A stretch of 64,000 bases of DNA from Saprospiraceae bacterium (GTDB lineage: Bacteria; Bacteroidota; Bacteroidia; Chitinophagales; Saprospiraceae). The stretch lies in assembly GCA_037969625.1 (NCBI GenBank), contig JBBKXT010000197.1:1433-65432 (forward strand), written 5' to 3'. Numbering within the stretch: the first letter of the stretch is position 1; every line of letters begins with the position of its first letter. Shown piece by piece: positions 29,496-40,418 of the stretch. The notes beneath the pieces are model-generated. The model was not told the DNA's origin. It worked only from the letters and a program-made list of their open reading frames with translations, and did not search any database. Both the position numbers and the translations under genes were made by a program.

Positions 29496-32400
29496 TTAAT
29501 GTTTCCCGGTATCCGTTCCCTTTCCCCCCAATATGATCGCATCCACCTCATTCTCCCTCAACATCCGATTAAACGCAGGAATCATCTCCTTTTTAACAAG
29601 ATCAAATTTGGCTAACTCATCATCAATCAGTCCCTCCATTTCCTTTTTAACAGCATACGCCTGATCTGTAGGAGGGTAGTCGCCTGTGCCTAGAATATTA
29701 CTCACATAACCGATTTTGTTCGTGAGGCGAACAGGGAAATTAAGCGGGTCCTGCGAACTTTTACTCTTGGTTTGATAGAGAACTTCTTCAACGCCGGTCA
29801 TGACACTATCTATCTTTACTATTTCGGCAACGATCATTGTGTCTTCTGAAATTCGAGCTTTGTAGTTTGATAGTTGTGTGCGGATATCTCTGATTTCAAT
29901 GATGGCTTCATGTGCTTCCGTGATTTTGTCACGCACATCCGTTGCAAACGCATAATATTTTTGATAGTCCTCCTCCGTCGCCGGAGACCTTGGGTCTTGG
30001 ATGATTTCAAATGACTTGCTGACCAGTGTATCCTTGTAAGAAATTTCCATTCGGTAGTTGCCGGGAATAGCCATTGGACCGGACATATTTGCAGCCCATA
30101 AGACCATTCCATCAAATCGCTTAGCCGGTGAATAACGCAGATTCCAATTGAATTTATTCATGCCCTTTTTAGGCTTGATTTGATACGCTTTTTCTTTATG
30201 ATCGGTGCTGTATTTGACAATCGTATCCCCATCCACTTCAAAGAAAGTTATGGAAATAGTATCCGTCTCTTCAATGTCACTCGGCAGATTGTAAAATGCC
30301 ATTACGCCACCTGCATAGTTTGTTCCTTCTGTCAAACTTTTTCCGGATCCTCCGGTCATTCGATAGGTGTCTTCAGGCTGATAAACTTGAAATTTATCTT
30401 TTTGATTGTTTTGTATTTGATGCAATTGATTTAATTCATCTAGTATCCAAAAACTTCGACCTTGCGTAGCAGCAATTAGATTGTTGTTTTTTATGGCAAG
30501 ATCAGTGATAGGAACAATCGGAAGATTTTGCTGAAAAGTCTGCCAATGACCGCCGTCATCAAAACTTATGTACATCCCGGATTCAGTACCGGCATAAAGT
30601 ATTCCTTGTTTGACAGGATCCGCTTTAATAACTCTTGAGAAATGTGTCGGATCAATTCCTGTGTTGATCATTTCCCACGTTTCGCCATAGTCTTTTGTCT
30701 TTAAAAAATACGGTTGATAATCGCCGGATTTATACATGGTCGCGGCAACATAACAACCGCCATCACTATGCGGATCCGCATCAAGTTGATTGATTTGAAT
30801 CCACTCCGGGAGAAATGCAGGCGTTACATTTTTCCAGTTTTTGCCACCATCTTTTGATACATGGATCAACCCATCATCACTTCCTGCCCAAAGCAAATCT
30901 TTCACCCTCGAACTTTCTGCCGCTGTGAAGATGGTACAGTAGTATTCAACTGAGGTATTGTCTTTGGTGATTGGACCGCCGGACGAACCAAGTTTTGTAG
31001 AATCATTTCTTGTTAGATCCGGACTAATGTTTTCCCAGGTCTGCCCTTCATTCATCGATACATGAAGATGATTGGACGCCGTGTATAGTTTCTTCGGATT
31101 GTGAGGTGAAAAGAAGATTGGAAAGTTCCATTGAAATCTGTATTTCGCTCCTTCTGCACCGTGACCTAAAGTCATATCCGGCCAAACATCAATGCCGCGT
31201 GACATATCATTTTCATGATCTTTTCTTTCGATGACACCGAGATAGCATCCACCATAAACAATATCATTATTGAGTGGATCAACGGCCAGATAGCCACACT
31301 CACATCCTGCAGAAGATTCCCAATCATCTTCACCAATAGATCCTCCACTTTTTCTGCTTGCAATTCGTACCGTACTGTTGTCCTGCTGACCACCATAGAT
31401 GCGATAGGGGAAATGATTGTCTGTAGTGACTCTATAAAACTGTGCCGTAGGTTGATTGTGATAGGTAGACCAATGATCACCACCATCATAACTCACTTGT
31501 GCTCCACCATCATCGCCAATGATCATGCGCTCGGAGTTTTCAGGATCTATCCAAAGATCATGATGATCCCCGTGACTCGCATAATGAGAAGAGAAATTTT
31601 TTCCACCATCCGTAGATTTCTGGTAGGCTACATTGATTACATAAACCACTTCTTCTGATTTAGGATCAGCATATATTCTGGAGTAATACCATGCCCGTTG
31701 GCGAAGATTAGCGTCACTGTTGATCCTGCTCCAGGATTTTCCTGCATCATCAGACCGGTATACACCACCTTCTGCATTTTCAATGATCGCCCAAAGACGA
31801 TTGCTATTCACAGGACTTACCGTAATGCCGGAGATACCCCAGATGCCTTTTGGCAAACCTTTGTTTTCAGAAATGTTTTCCCACGTCTCGCCACTGTCCT
31901 TGCTTTTCCATATCGCCGAACCTTCACCACCACTACTAAGTTCGTGTGGTTGACGTCTCACTTTCCACGTGGAAGCATACATGATTCTTGGATTATTAGG
32001 ATCAAGAATAAGATCTACGGCACCGGCACCTTCATTGACAAAAAGCGTCTGCTTCCATGTCTGACCACCATCGATGGATTTATAAATACCACGTTCCTTC
32101 GTGTCTTTAAAAAGATCCCCCAATACAGCGGCATAGACAATATCCGGATTGTTAGGATGCACGCGCACACGAGGGATGTGATATCCTTTTTCCAAACCAA
32201 TTTTTTCCCATGATTCGCCACCATCCGTTGTGCGCCACATGCCATAGCCATAGGATACATTGCCACGAACGGTTTGCTCGCCACCGCCCACATAGATTAC
32301 ATTATGATCTGATGGTGCTACTTCGACGGCACCGATACTGCCTCCAAAATAGCCATCAGAAATATTCTCCCATGACTGTCCACCATCCAATGTTTTCCAA

Positions 32401-32636
32401 ACACCTCCGCCGGTCGAACCGAAATAATAGAGATTCGGTTTTCCTTTGACACCGGTGACCGTGGCGGATCGCCCACCTCTGAAGGGGCCGATATTACGCC
32501 ATTCAATCTCACCTAACAAAGATGTATCTATGGCAACATAATTGGGTTCCTTCTTAGAATTCTTGTTTTTCTGTCCATAGGATAGGACAGTGCATGCAGT
32601 AAGAAAGAAACAGATTAATAGGTATTTAATGTTCAT
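29496..32636 (-). CDS. BNR/Asp-box repeat protein, sortilin/VPS10-like (usually annotated as a glycosyl hydrolase)
   Basis: 1046 aa with a signal peptide. About 11 Asp-box units are present (TLDGGQSWE, TTDGGESWE, SIDGGQTWK, SKDSGETWE, SDDAGKSWS, SKDGGKNWK and others). Confidence 0.85.
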   Translation of the reverse strand: MNIKYLLICFFLTACTVLSYGQKNKNSKKEPNYVAIDTSLLGEIEWRNIGPFRGGRSATVTGVKGKPNLYYFGSTGGGVWKTLDGGQSWENISDGYFGGSIGAVEVAPSDHNVIYVGGGEQTVRGNVSYGYGMWRTTDGGESWEKIGLEKGYHIPRVRVHPNNPDIVYAAVLGDLFKDTKERGIYKSIDGGQTWKQTLFVNEGAGAVDLILDPNNPRIMYASTWKVRRQPHELSSGGEGSAIWKSKDSGETWENISENKGLPKGIWGISGITVSPVNSNRLWAIIENAEGGVYRSDDAGKSWSRINSDANLRQRAWYYSRIYADPKSEEVVYVINVAYQKSTDGGKNFSSHYASHGDHHDLWIDPENSERMIIGDDGGAQVSYDGGDHWSTYHNQPTAQFYRVTTDNHFPYRIYGGQQDNSTVRIASRKSGGSIGEDDWESSAGCECGYLAVDPLNNDIVYGGCYLGVIERKDHENDMSRGIDVWPDMTLGHGAEGAKYRFQWNFPIFFSPHNPKKLYTASNHLHVSMNEGQTWENISPDLTRNDSTKLGSSGGPITKDNTSVEYYCTIFTAAESSRVKDLLWAGSDDGLIHVSKDGGKNWKNVTPAFLPEWIQINQLDADPHSDGGCYVAATMYKSGDYQPYFLKTKDYGETWEMINTGIDPTHFSRVIKADPVKQGILYAGTESGMYISFDDGGHWQTFQQNLPIVPITDLAIKNNNLIAATQGRSFWILDELNQLHQIQNNQKDKFQVYQPEDTYRMTGGSGKSLTEGTNYAGGVMAFYNLPSDIEETDTISITFFEVDGDTIVKYSTDHKEKAYQIKPKKGMNKFNWNLRYSPAKRFDGMVLWAANMSGPMAIPGNYRMEISYKDTLVSKSFEIIQDPRSPATEEDYQKYYAFATDVRDKITEAHEAIIEIRDIRTQLSNYKARISEDTMIVAEIVKIDSVMTGVEEVLYQTKSKSSQDPLNFPVRLTNKIGYVSNILGTGDYPPTDQAYAVKKEMEGLIDDELAKFDLVKKEMIPAFNRMLRENEVDAIILGGKGTDTGKH

Positions 32637-32683
32637 TGTGCAGAGTATTAATAATTTTAGGGCTGAAAAATAGACAATTAAGT

Positions 32684-33259
32684 ATGAATGAGACAGAATC
32701 TATAGACAAACGAGGGGATTCGTCATCCTTAAAGATTGATTTGATCATAGCACCTTTATGGATCAACCAATTCCTGCAGAAGCAGAATATTGAAATACCT
32801 ATCAGTGACCAGTACAACTTGAGTAATCTCAAAGTTGAGTTGGAGGATACCAAAGTTTCTGTTGAAGCCGATATCAAGGAAAAAAGCAACTCCTCCATAA
32901 AGCTTGAATGTGTGCCCATCTGGAACACCTACGAGCAGCGTTTTTTTATCGAAGACATTGCACTGAAAACAGATACCAACAATATTCTGATTAAAAGTGC
33001 CGGATGGTTTGCCAACACTTTTATGGGCACCAAACTCGACAAGAAAATCGAGGAGGCTTTGAATCATTTGTTCAATTTGAAAAAGGAAGAATTGATCAAG
33101 AATGGAATTCCAATCCCTCTACCGGACGGCAAGGGACATGCGTTGGTCAAAACACTAGAGATTGAAGACATGAAATTTAGTGCAATCGGCATCACGGTCA
33201 AGGCACAAATGGAAGTAACACTTGAATTCGAATTAGGTCAAAGCGATTTGATCACTTGA
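32684..33259 (+). CDS. Hypothetical protein
   Basis: The track ORF starts at 32636, exactly on the start codon of the divergent gene. The ATG at 32684 (MNETESIDK...) is more plausible. No family is recognised. Confidence 0.55.
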   Translation: MNETESIDKRGDSSSLKIDLIIAPLWINQFLQKQNIEIPISDQYNLSNLKVELEDTKVSVEADIKEKSNSSIKLECVPIWNTYEQRFFIEDIALKTDTNNILIKSAGWFANTFMGTKLDKKIEEALNHLFNLKKEELIKNGIPIPLPDGKGHALVKTLEIEDMKFSAIGITVKAQMEVTLEFELGQSDLIT

Positions 33260-33277
33260 CCTCTGACCAGAGGCGTT

Positions 33278-33928
33278 TTAGAGCCTCAGACTTATCCGGT
33301 GTACCCCCGGTCTGTATTCTTTGAAAATGATTCGTTCAATTTCACTGAGGTGTTCGGGATTGTTGACAAAATCAATATCCTCCACATCAACGATCACAAT
33401 AGGGTAGGAAGGTTGGCTATAGAAAAATTCAAAATAAGAGTCCTGAATGTTTTTTAAATAAGCAGCCGTGATATTGGACTCATAAGATCGATCTCTCAGA
33501 TTTATATTTTGCAATAGTTTTTCCGGCGTTCGGTGGAGATAGATTAATAACTCCGGATTCGGTGATGTAGCATTGAGCAGATTAAATAAGCGCTGGAAAA
33601 GACGATACTCTTTTTCATCAAGATTTTTTCTGGCGAAAATGAGCGTTTTCCAAAAGGAATAATCAGCCAAAGTAAAATCAAAAAACAAATCTTTTTGAAT
33701 GGAGATATCAGACAATTGTTTGTGCCGTTCAGCCATAAAAAACAACTCAACGGTAAAAGCATAACGCTCGGGATTCTGATAGAAAAAAGGCAGAAAAGGA
33801 TTGTCATCAAACTCCTCCATAACCAATTGTACGGGATGCTCATTGGCAATCAACTGGCACAGGCTCGTTTTGCCTGATCCAATATTGCCTTCGATGCAAA
33901 TGTACTTATACGGCGTTTTCTGGCTCAT
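33278..33928 (-). CDS. Deoxynucleoside kinase
   Basis: 216 aa with the P-loop IEGNIGSGKTSL and dNK family features (ERYAFTVELFF, LHRTPEKLL). Confidence 0.85.
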   Translation of the reverse strand: MSQKTPYKYICIEGNIGSGKTSLCQLIANEHPVQLVMEEFDDNPFLPFFYQNPERYAFTVELFFMAERHKQLSDISIQKDLFFDFTLADYSFWKTLIFARKNLDEKEYRLFQRLFNLLNATSPNPELLIYLHRTPEKLLQNINLRDRSYESNITAAYLKNIQDSYFEFFYSQPSYPIVIVDVEDIDFVNNPEHLSEIERIIFKEYRPGVHRISLRL

Positions 33929-34418
33929 CTAAGCTGTATAAACAGACCTCTCCGGGATCACGGCAGTCTGTATAAAGTTCTTCAATCGATTTTTCAAGTA
34001 TAGGATGGATGAAGTCTCCGGCTATTTCCATCAAGGGTATTAATACAAAATTGCGCTGTTGTAATAATGGGTGAGGAACCTCAAGCCCATTTTGTTTTAT
34101 GATCTCTTGCCCACACAATAGAATGTCAATGTCAATAGTTCTGGCATGCCATTTTTCAGCCGGTGTTCGACCAACCTCCATTTCAATTTGTTTTATTTTT
34201 TCCAACATTTCGGTTGGTGAGAGGATGGAGCGCAACTCAATTGCCTGATTCAGAAACCAGGGCTGATCTTCATAACCCCATGGCTGTGTTTCATAAATGT
34301 TACTCTCAACAATGATTTCTCCCGCTTGCGCAGACAGCAATTCCCTGGCATGTGAAAGCCTTCCGATCCGGTCGCCGAGATTTCCTCCGATTATTAGATG
34401 GTATGTGTGTTTCTTCAT
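33906..34418 (-). CDS. folK: 2-amino-4-hydroxy-6-hydroxymethyldihydropteridine diphosphokinase
   Basis: The ATG at 34418 gives MKKHTYHLIIGGNLGDR, the typical HPPK start. TIDIDIL and PHP motifs are present. The track ORF extends upstream to 34493. Confidence 0.9.
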   Translation of the reverse strand: MKKHTYHLIIGGNLGDRIGRLSHARELLSAQAGEIIVESNIYETQPWGYEDQPWFLNQAIELRSILSPTEMLEKIKQIEMEVGRTPAEKWHARTIDIDILLCGQEIIKQNGLEVPHPLLQQRNFVLIPLMEIAGDFIHPILEKSIEELYTDCRDPGEVCLYSLDEPENAV

Positions 34419-34636
34419 TGGGGGATAGAAGTGGAAAGGTAAAGAATTTCCTATGGAGCGTAAAAGGAATTGTTGCCTCCTATTGCATGACAAGGGAAGC
34501 GATTAGCAGGGTAGCATACCTTTAACTTATTCATAATAAGGATAATATGTCCTTTTTTGCTAATATGTCTTTTTTTAGAAAATTTTACCGCACAGAAGGT
34601 TAGTTTGCTGGAAAGAGCCTGAAGAGCCTGAGGAAC

Positions 34637-35989
34637 TTATTTTTTATGCCGATCCCGGAGTCTCCAGTTCATCGGATAGTGGTTTTTCCACCCCTGTCCG
34701 GTCCACTTTGCCCAACCCATTTTTGTCCCGTTATATTCAATCAAATACCAGCCCTTTGAGTAAACGATTGGAAGTGTGTTCGCATTCCTTTCCAGATAGT
34801 CAAGAGCAGTCGATAGATCAACTGTGATGGTCTTATAATGAGCCGCAGATAATCCGGAAGTAGCCAGACTTTGTGAAGGCACAAAATCACGTCCTTTTAA
34901 TTCCCCGGCACAAAGGATGACTGATGCTTTGGGCAAATACAAGAGTAATTCATTTGCTTTTTCAACAGCATTCAAGGTAACGATTTCATTTTGTGCACTG
35001 TTTTTATGGACCGCTAGATTTTCAGGGTTTGCAAGATGAGGGCTTAACCAATCAGGTACCGGTTCAAATATCCGATGGGGTTTTTTAGGTTTTTTGTAAG
35101 AAGTCACAGCTTCCGCATTGTTTTTTAGGACAGCGATAAACAAACCTTCACCGGTTAGTTTGTGTGGATATAATTGGTAACCAACAGCAGCGTCATCTTC
35201 AATGGATGTTATGCCCCAATCATCAGGGAAGTCTATCGCAAATGATTCCAATTGAAATTGATCAATGAAGTGTGTTATATTTTGGATGTTTTCTTCAAGG
35301 CTATACGAACACGTACTATAGATTAAATACCCACCCGGATTTAAGGCACTTGCCGCACGCTCTACGATCTGTTTTTGAAGGATGCTGCAGTTTGATACAA
35401 GTGTTTCATTCCATTGTGCAATAGCTTCCGGATCTTTGCGCATCATCCCTTCGCCGGCACAAGGGGCATCTACAAGCATGACATCTGCAAATTGTTCCTG
35501 AAAAGCGGCGATTGATTCACCGGCAATAAAGGTGTTGATAAATCCTGCTTTGGTAAGATTTTCCCATAAGACAGATCGTCTGCTTCCGACGACCTCATTA
35601 GCAACAAGCACATCACCTTCACCTAAATGACTGGCTAGAATTCCGGTTTTTCCACCGGGTGCCGCACACATGTCCACCCATATTTTTGCCTCTTGTTTTA
35701 ATGGAAGTTGTGCCACCACATAATCCAAAATCATAGAAGAGGCTTCCTGCACATAATACGCTCCACCATGCCAATGCGGATCCAGAAAAAACGAGGGACG
35801 TTCTTCCAAATAATATCCGTTTTGACACCAGGGAACTTTGCCGGAAAAATGAAAATCTGATTGACCTTTCTGATGGTGTAAACGAATACTTGTAGGCGGT
35901 GATTTGGTTAATGATTCAAAAAACAAATCAGCTTCATCCCCGACTTGTTCGCGCATGCGTTTGATGAAAACTTCCGGGAGCTGCATCAT
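34637..35989 (-). CDS. RsmB/RsmF family rRNA cytosine-C5 methyltransferase (NOL1/NOP2/Sun)
   Basis: 450 aa with motifs DMCAAPGGKT, DAPCAGEGMMRKDP and YSTCS. Confidence 0.9.
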   Translation of the reverse strand: MMQLPEVFIKRMREQVGDEADLFFESLTKSPPTSIRLHHQKGQSDFHFSGKVPWCQNGYYLEERPSFFLDPHWHGGAYYVQEASSMILDYVVAQLPLKQEAKIWVDMCAAPGGKTGILASHLGEGDVLVANEVVGSRRSVLWENLTKAGFINTFIAGESIAAFQEQFADVMLVDAPCAGEGMMRKDPEAIAQWNETLVSNCSILQKQIVERAASALNPGGYLIYSTCSYSLEENIQNITHFIDQFQLESFAIDFPDDWGITSIEDDAAVGYQLYPHKLTGEGLFIAVLKNNAEAVTSYKKPKKPHRIFEPVPDWLSPHLANPENLAVHKNSAQNEIVTLNAVEKANELLLYLPKASVILCAGELKGRDFVPSQSLATSGLSAAHYKTITVDLSTALDYLERNANTLPIVYSKGWYLIEYNGTKMGWAKWTGQGWKNHYPMNWRLRDRHKK

Positions 35990-37878
35990 AGCCCTTTTAC
36001 TTTGCCATGGAGGGCGCCCCCTTTTGCAAACATCGCATCCACTTTTTTAGAGACTTGCGGATCGGTTTCCAAAACAGGTGCGTGATGAGGCTTGACGCGG
36101 GAATCAATAATCAAGGGTGCATCGCAAGACCAGTGCTTGTCAATAAACTGCGCATTGACACCATAAATATCTTTCGCCGGTTGTGATCTTGTAAAGGCAG
36201 CCCACAGAAAGTTGTTTAGATGTTCACTCATCCATTGACTATCTTCCGTGATAATCCAGAGTGGCCACGCATCCATGTTTTGCGTAGCTAAATGATTGGT
36301 AAGTTCTTCCATTTCTTTTTTTGCCGTTTCATCATTCGTGAAATTATTGAAAGAAACAGCAACAACTCCCGGCATGATTAAATCAAGTCGTTTGCAACTG
36401 GAAGGAAGTGAAATATTATCCGGTAGGGTAGAGCCTAGTTTTCTGATAGCCGGACCTCGAGCCGCAACGACCAACTTAGATCCTGCATTCCAACCATCAC
36501 CACTATAATCAAGGGTATCAATGGTTGTGCGTGTTTGAAAATGTAAGTCGCGTTTCAAGTTGATTCGACAAAGCATGTGTTGAAAGAACTCGCCGATGCT
36601 ATTCGTAGTAAGTGCAGGATTGTCTTCATCGCAAGCGATAAAAAGATATTTCGTCAGAGACGTTTGTCCTTTTCCTAAAAGATGATTGGCAATCGTCAAC
36701 AACTCTTCAGGGACAGGTTCTCGAAACGGCATGTATCTTTCTTTGCCGATGGCGATGAGTAAGGGATGTACTCCGGCAGCATCAACCGCATGAACTTCCT
36801 TCAATCCCGGAAATTCTTTTGGCGCCAGTGGCTTCACTAACTGGTGAATCAACCAACCAAAATAACTGTCTTCCTGTGGTGGTCGACCTACCACGGTAAA
36901 ATGCCAAATAGGATTTTTTCGGTGATACACATTTTTGATTTCCAACACCGGAAAATCATGGGTTAAACTATAGTAACCAAGATGATCTCCAAAAGGACCT
37001 TCGGGTTTCATGGAATCTTTTTTGATCACGCCTGTAATACAGAAATCTGCATCCGCAGAAATAACAAATCCATCATGCCAGAAGTATCGAAAACGTCGAC
37101 CTGCCAACAGGCCCGCAAACGTAACTTCACTCAATCCCTCAGGCAACGGCATGATCGCAGCAAAAGCATGCGAGGGTGGGCCACCTACAAAAATGGAAAC
37201 TTTAAATTCATCTTTCGTTTCATTATACAATGTATGGTGAATGCCAATGCCTCGATGTAATTGGTAGTGCATTCCGGCTTCTAGATTCGGTGTGTAATCA
37301 TTGCCACTGATTTGAATGCGATACATACCAATATTCGAATTCATAATGCTCGTGTCATTGGGAGGTAAGCTCATGACTTGAGGCAACGTGATAAAAGCAC
37401 CACCATCCTTTGGCCAGCTGATTACTTGAGGAAGTTGATCAATTGTTGTTTTGTTTTTTAAAATTGATTTATTCCATCGAGCTTTTAGTGGCAAACCTTT
37501 CAACGCCGTAAAAGGCGTCTTCAGATAGCGCGTCGGATGGCGCAAGAAATCGGAAGGATCTGCTTTTAATTGTATTAGTTTTTGTACTTGTTCTAACTGA
37601 TTTCTAAAGAGGTAAGCTGTTCTTTCTTTTGTGCCATACAGATTTGAAACAGCCGAAAAAGGACTTCCTTTGACATTCTCAAAAAGCAATGCAGGACCGG
37701 CCGCGTCAAAAACTCTGCGGTGTATTTCTGCCATCTCCAGATTCGGATCCACCATACCCTCCACGCGAAGCAGATGATTACTGGGTAGATCATTGATGGC
37801 TTGATGTAGGGAATGGTAAGACAAGGTAGTTTGTACAATTTGTAAGTAAAGGAATGCCTTTTGAAAACGAAAACCCAT
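35986..37878 (-). CDS. ubiD: UbiD family (prenylated-FMN dependent) decarboxylase, menaquinone-biosynthesis type
   Basis: 630 aa with UbiD-like core sequence (GPFGDHLGYYS, IGMYRIQ). It has a 4-nt overlap with the downstream methyltransferase gene. Confidence 0.85.
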   Translation of the reverse strand: MGFRFQKAFLYLQIVQTTLSYHSLHQAINDLPSNHLLRVEGMVDPNLEMAEIHRRVFDAAGPALLFENVKGSPFSAVSNLYGTKERTAYLFRNQLEQVQKLIQLKADPSDFLRHPTRYLKTPFTALKGLPLKARWNKSILKNKTTIDQLPQVISWPKDGGAFITLPQVMSLPPNDTSIMNSNIGMYRIQISGNDYTPNLEAGMHYQLHRGIGIHHTLYNETKDEFKVSIFVGGPPSHAFAAIMPLPEGLSEVTFAGLLAGRRFRYFWHDGFVISADADFCITGVIKKDSMKPEGPFGDHLGYYSLTHDFPVLEIKNVYHRKNPIWHFTVVGRPPQEDSYFGWLIHQLVKPLAPKEFPGLKEVHAVDAAGVHPLLIAIGKERYMPFREPVPEELLTIANHLLGKGQTSLTKYLFIACDEDNPALTTNSIGEFFQHMLCRINLKRDLHFQTRTTIDTLDYSGDGWNAGSKLVVAARGPAIRKLGSTLPDNISLPSSCKRLDLIMPGVVAVSFNNFTNDETAKKEMEELTNHLATQNMDAWPLWIITEDSQWMSEHLNNFLWAAFTRSQPAKDIYGVNAQFIDKHWSCDAPLIIDSRVKPHHAPVLETDPQVSKKVDAMFAKGGALHGKVKGL

Positions 37879-38107
37879 CGTTTAGGGATACAAACCTAAA
37901 CTAAAGGAAAGAATTCTAGGAATGTTTATCCAAAAGGTTGTCCAGAATAGCTAGAGGCAAAGTGCAATTGTGGTATTTAATATTATATTTGGAATAAGAA
38001 CTGTTTGAATTAAAACGTAGAATGCTTCGACCCTAATCTAATGATGAGCCATGCATATGGTTGGTGCGCTGAGAAACTAATTTTACTTAACCTTTAAAAT
38101 AAATGAG

Positions 38108-38359
38108 ATGGGAATTTTAATGACACTTTTAGTGGGCGCTATTGCCGGATGGTTGGGGAGTATGGTTTTTACGGGCAGTGGATTTGGTCTGATTGGGAAT
38201 ATCATCATTGGTATCCTTGGCAGTTTTGTTGGTTCCTGGGCATTGGGATTACTCAATTTTAGTTTTCCAAATACCATCATCGGTGCTATACTGACCGGTG
38301 CTGTTGGGGCCATTGTTATTCTGGCAATAGCGAATTTACTTTTTGGTGGAAGAAAGTAG
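38108..38359 (+). CDS. GlsB/YeaQ/YmgE family (transglycosylase-associated) small membrane protein
   Basis: 83 aa, glycine-rich with three TM segments. GAIAGWLGSMV and GILGSFVGSW are typical of the family. Confidence 0.85.
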   Translation: MGILMTLLVGAIAGWLGSMVFTGSGFGLIGNIIIGILGSFVGSWALGLLNFSFPNTIIGAILTGAVGAIVILAIANLLFGGRK

Positions 38360-38386
38360 TATAAAGCGAGTTTTTTACAGATAGTT

Positions 38387-39427
38387 TTGAGTCATCAAAT
38401 CAGTCAATTTTTATTCAACGACTCAATGAATTCTTTTCTCAGCGTTAGGCTACAGTTCTCTTGGTCTAGTTGGCTATGTGTTTTTATTTGGCTTCTTGTC
38501 AGTTTCTCGGAAATTGGTTCTGCCCAATCGGACACCCTTTCCCAGCATCAGTTTATCAAAGGGGCATCGGTCTATAGGGCCCAGTTTATTCATGATATCT
38601 CAGATGCTTTGATCGAACTTGGCTATTTGTCGGATAGCTTAAAGGCTTTTTCGCTCAATCCGGAGGCGCATGATTTGTTCAGGCAACAATTTATGGCTCA
38701 GTTTGCGAATGGGGAAATATATAATATCTGGGATACCGTAGATGATGCATTGCCTTCATCGATCCGTTATGAGAAAGGGACGCGCAGACTTTATCAACAA
38801 TGGGGTAGCGACCATTTGATTCAAATCATGCAGTTGCATTTTATGGTTTCCAATAATCTAATTCTACCTGAAGAGCCATTTCGACTATCCGGCAATACGG
38901 ATTTGTGGGAAGAAATGCACTTTTATGATGTTCGTGCCGGACAAACCTTTGTAGATGTGGGTGCGGGGACGGGTGGTATTTCGTTTATACTTGCTTATTC
39001 CGGTATTTCTGTACAGTTCTATATTTCAGAGTTGAACGAATTATATTTTAAAAATCTGCTTGCGCAAGTGTCCCAATTGCCAAGTGAGGCTGATCAAAGT
39101 CAGATTCAACTCGCTGTTGCTCAGGAAAAAAGTCTTGGGTTAAATGAAAACCTGAAGGCGGACATTATTTTGATGAGAGAGGTATATCACCACTTGAATT
39201 ATCCTTTTGATATCCTTGGCTCTGTAAAGAATCATTTAACCCCTGATGGGACACTGATTCTGGTGGAGTCAGTAGAAGAACTGAAGGAGAATAAAAAGGA
39301 TGGTTGCAGAAAGGCACTTACCCTCAAAAAGATATTACATGAGCTCACAAAAAATGGTTTTCTCCTGGTAGAGCAGTTGCAGGTGGCTGATATGTATGTA
39401 CTTAAGTTTCAGCCGGCAAAAATCTAA
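38387..39427 (+). CDS. Class I SAM-dependent methyltransferase with an N-terminal signal/anchor
   Basis: 346 aa with SAM-binding motif I VDVGAGTGGISFILA. The start is uncertain, and an internal ATG giving MNSFLSV is also possible. Confidence 0.75.
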   Translation: MSHQISQFLFNDSMNSFLSVRLQFSWSSWLCVFIWLLVSFSEIGSAQSDTLSQHQFIKGASVYRAQFIHDISDALIELGYLSDSLKAFSLNPEAHDLFRQQFMAQFANGEIYNIWDTVDDALPSSIRYEKGTRRLYQQWGSDHLIQIMQLHFMVSNNLILPEEPFRLSGNTDLWEEMHFYDVRAGQTFVDVGAGTGGISFILAYSGISVQFYISELNELYFKNLLAQVSQLPSEADQSQIQLAVAQEKSLGLNENLKADIILMREVYHHLNYPFDILGSVKNHLTPDGTLILVESVEELKENKKDGCRKALTLKKILHELTKNGFLLVEQLQVADMYVLKFQPAKI

Positions 39428-39496
39428 TGAGATCATTTTATTAAATATGATATATTTTCATATATCTTTTTACCTTAGCACGGAAATACCTAGCTA

Positions 39497-40291
39497 TTGA
39501 ATAATTATCAGGATCTCCTCCGCCATATCCTTGATCAAGGCACCCAGAAGAGTGATCGAACCGGAACCGGTACGCTCAGCCTCTTTGGGCATCAGCTGCG
39601 CTTTGATCTGAGTGAGGGATTTCCCCTGATGACCACCAAGAAAGTCCACCTTAAGTCTATTGTCCACGAGCTTCTTTGGTTTTTGCAAGGCGATACCAAT
39701 ATTGCGTATCTGCAGGAGAATGGGGTGCGTATTTGGAATGAATGGGCGGATGAAAACGGTAATCTCGGTCCTGTATATGGACATCAATGGAGAAGTTGGA
39801 CAGGAGCGGATGGTCACACAGTCGATCAGATAGCGCAGGTAGTTCAAACGATCAAAACCAATCCCGATAGCCGCCGCATGATTGTTTCTGCATGGAATGT
39901 AGGGGATATTGATAAAATGGCATTGGCTCCGTGTCATTGTTTATTCCAGTTTTATGTGGCCGATGGCAAGTTGAGTTGCCAATTATACCAGCGCTCCGCA
40001 GATGTATTTCTCGGCGTTCCGTTTAATATTGCTTCTTATGCTTTGCTGACGATGATGATGGCACAGGTATGTGATCTGGTACCCGGAGATTTTGTGCATA
40101 CATTTGGAGATGTTCATATTTACAATGATCACATGAGTCAGGTACACGAACAATTAACCCGAAAGCCAAGGGCATTGCCTGAAATGAAAATTAACCCGAG
40201 TATAAAAGATATTTTTTTATTTAAATACGAAGATTTTAGCCTGGTCGATTACCATCCATACCCTCCAATTTCAGCGCGTGTATCGGTGTAA
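39497..40291 (+). CDS. thyA: Thymidylate synthase
   Basis: 264 aa with canonical ThyA sequence ([28 protein letters not shown]). Confidence 0.97.
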   Translation: MNNYQDLLRHILDQGTQKSDRTGTGTLSLFGHQLRFDLSEGFPLMTTKKVHLKSIVHELLWFLQGDTNIAYLQENGVRIWNEWADENGNLGPVYGHQWRSWTGADGHTVDQIAQVVQTIKTNPDSRRMIVSAWNVGDIDKMALAPCHCLFQFYVADGKLSCQLYQRSADVFLGVPFNIASYALLTMMMAQVCDLVPGDFVHTFGDVHIYNDHMSQVHEQLTRKPRALPEMKINPSIKDIFLFKYEDFSLVDYHPYPPISARVSV

Positions 40292-40369
40292 ATCCTCCTT
40301 TTGACTGTTTAGATATTCTCTAAATAACGAAATTCATCCTTTGCAGTCAGCATAAGTCTCGTATCTAAT

Positions 40370-40377
40370 TATTTTTG
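40370..40377 (+). promoter_or_regulatory. Bacteroidota-type -7 promoter box (TATTTTTG) upstream of the ACIII operon
   Basis: TAnnTTTG match 41 nt upstream of the actA ATG. Confidence 0.45.
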
Positions 40378-40418
40378 CAACAGAATCAGCTATTACATAA
40401 GAGTCTACTTCCATTGTT

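Noticed and set aside
31215-32213. Long ORFs (147 and 171 aa) antisense to the BNR-repeat gene.
   Set aside because: They are fully embedded opposite a 1046-aa gene with strong Asp-box periodicity. Their translations are low-complexity shadow frames.
39494-39937. 147-aa ORF antisense to thyA.
   Set aside because: thyA is unambiguous on the plus strand. The antisense ORF has no recognisable features.
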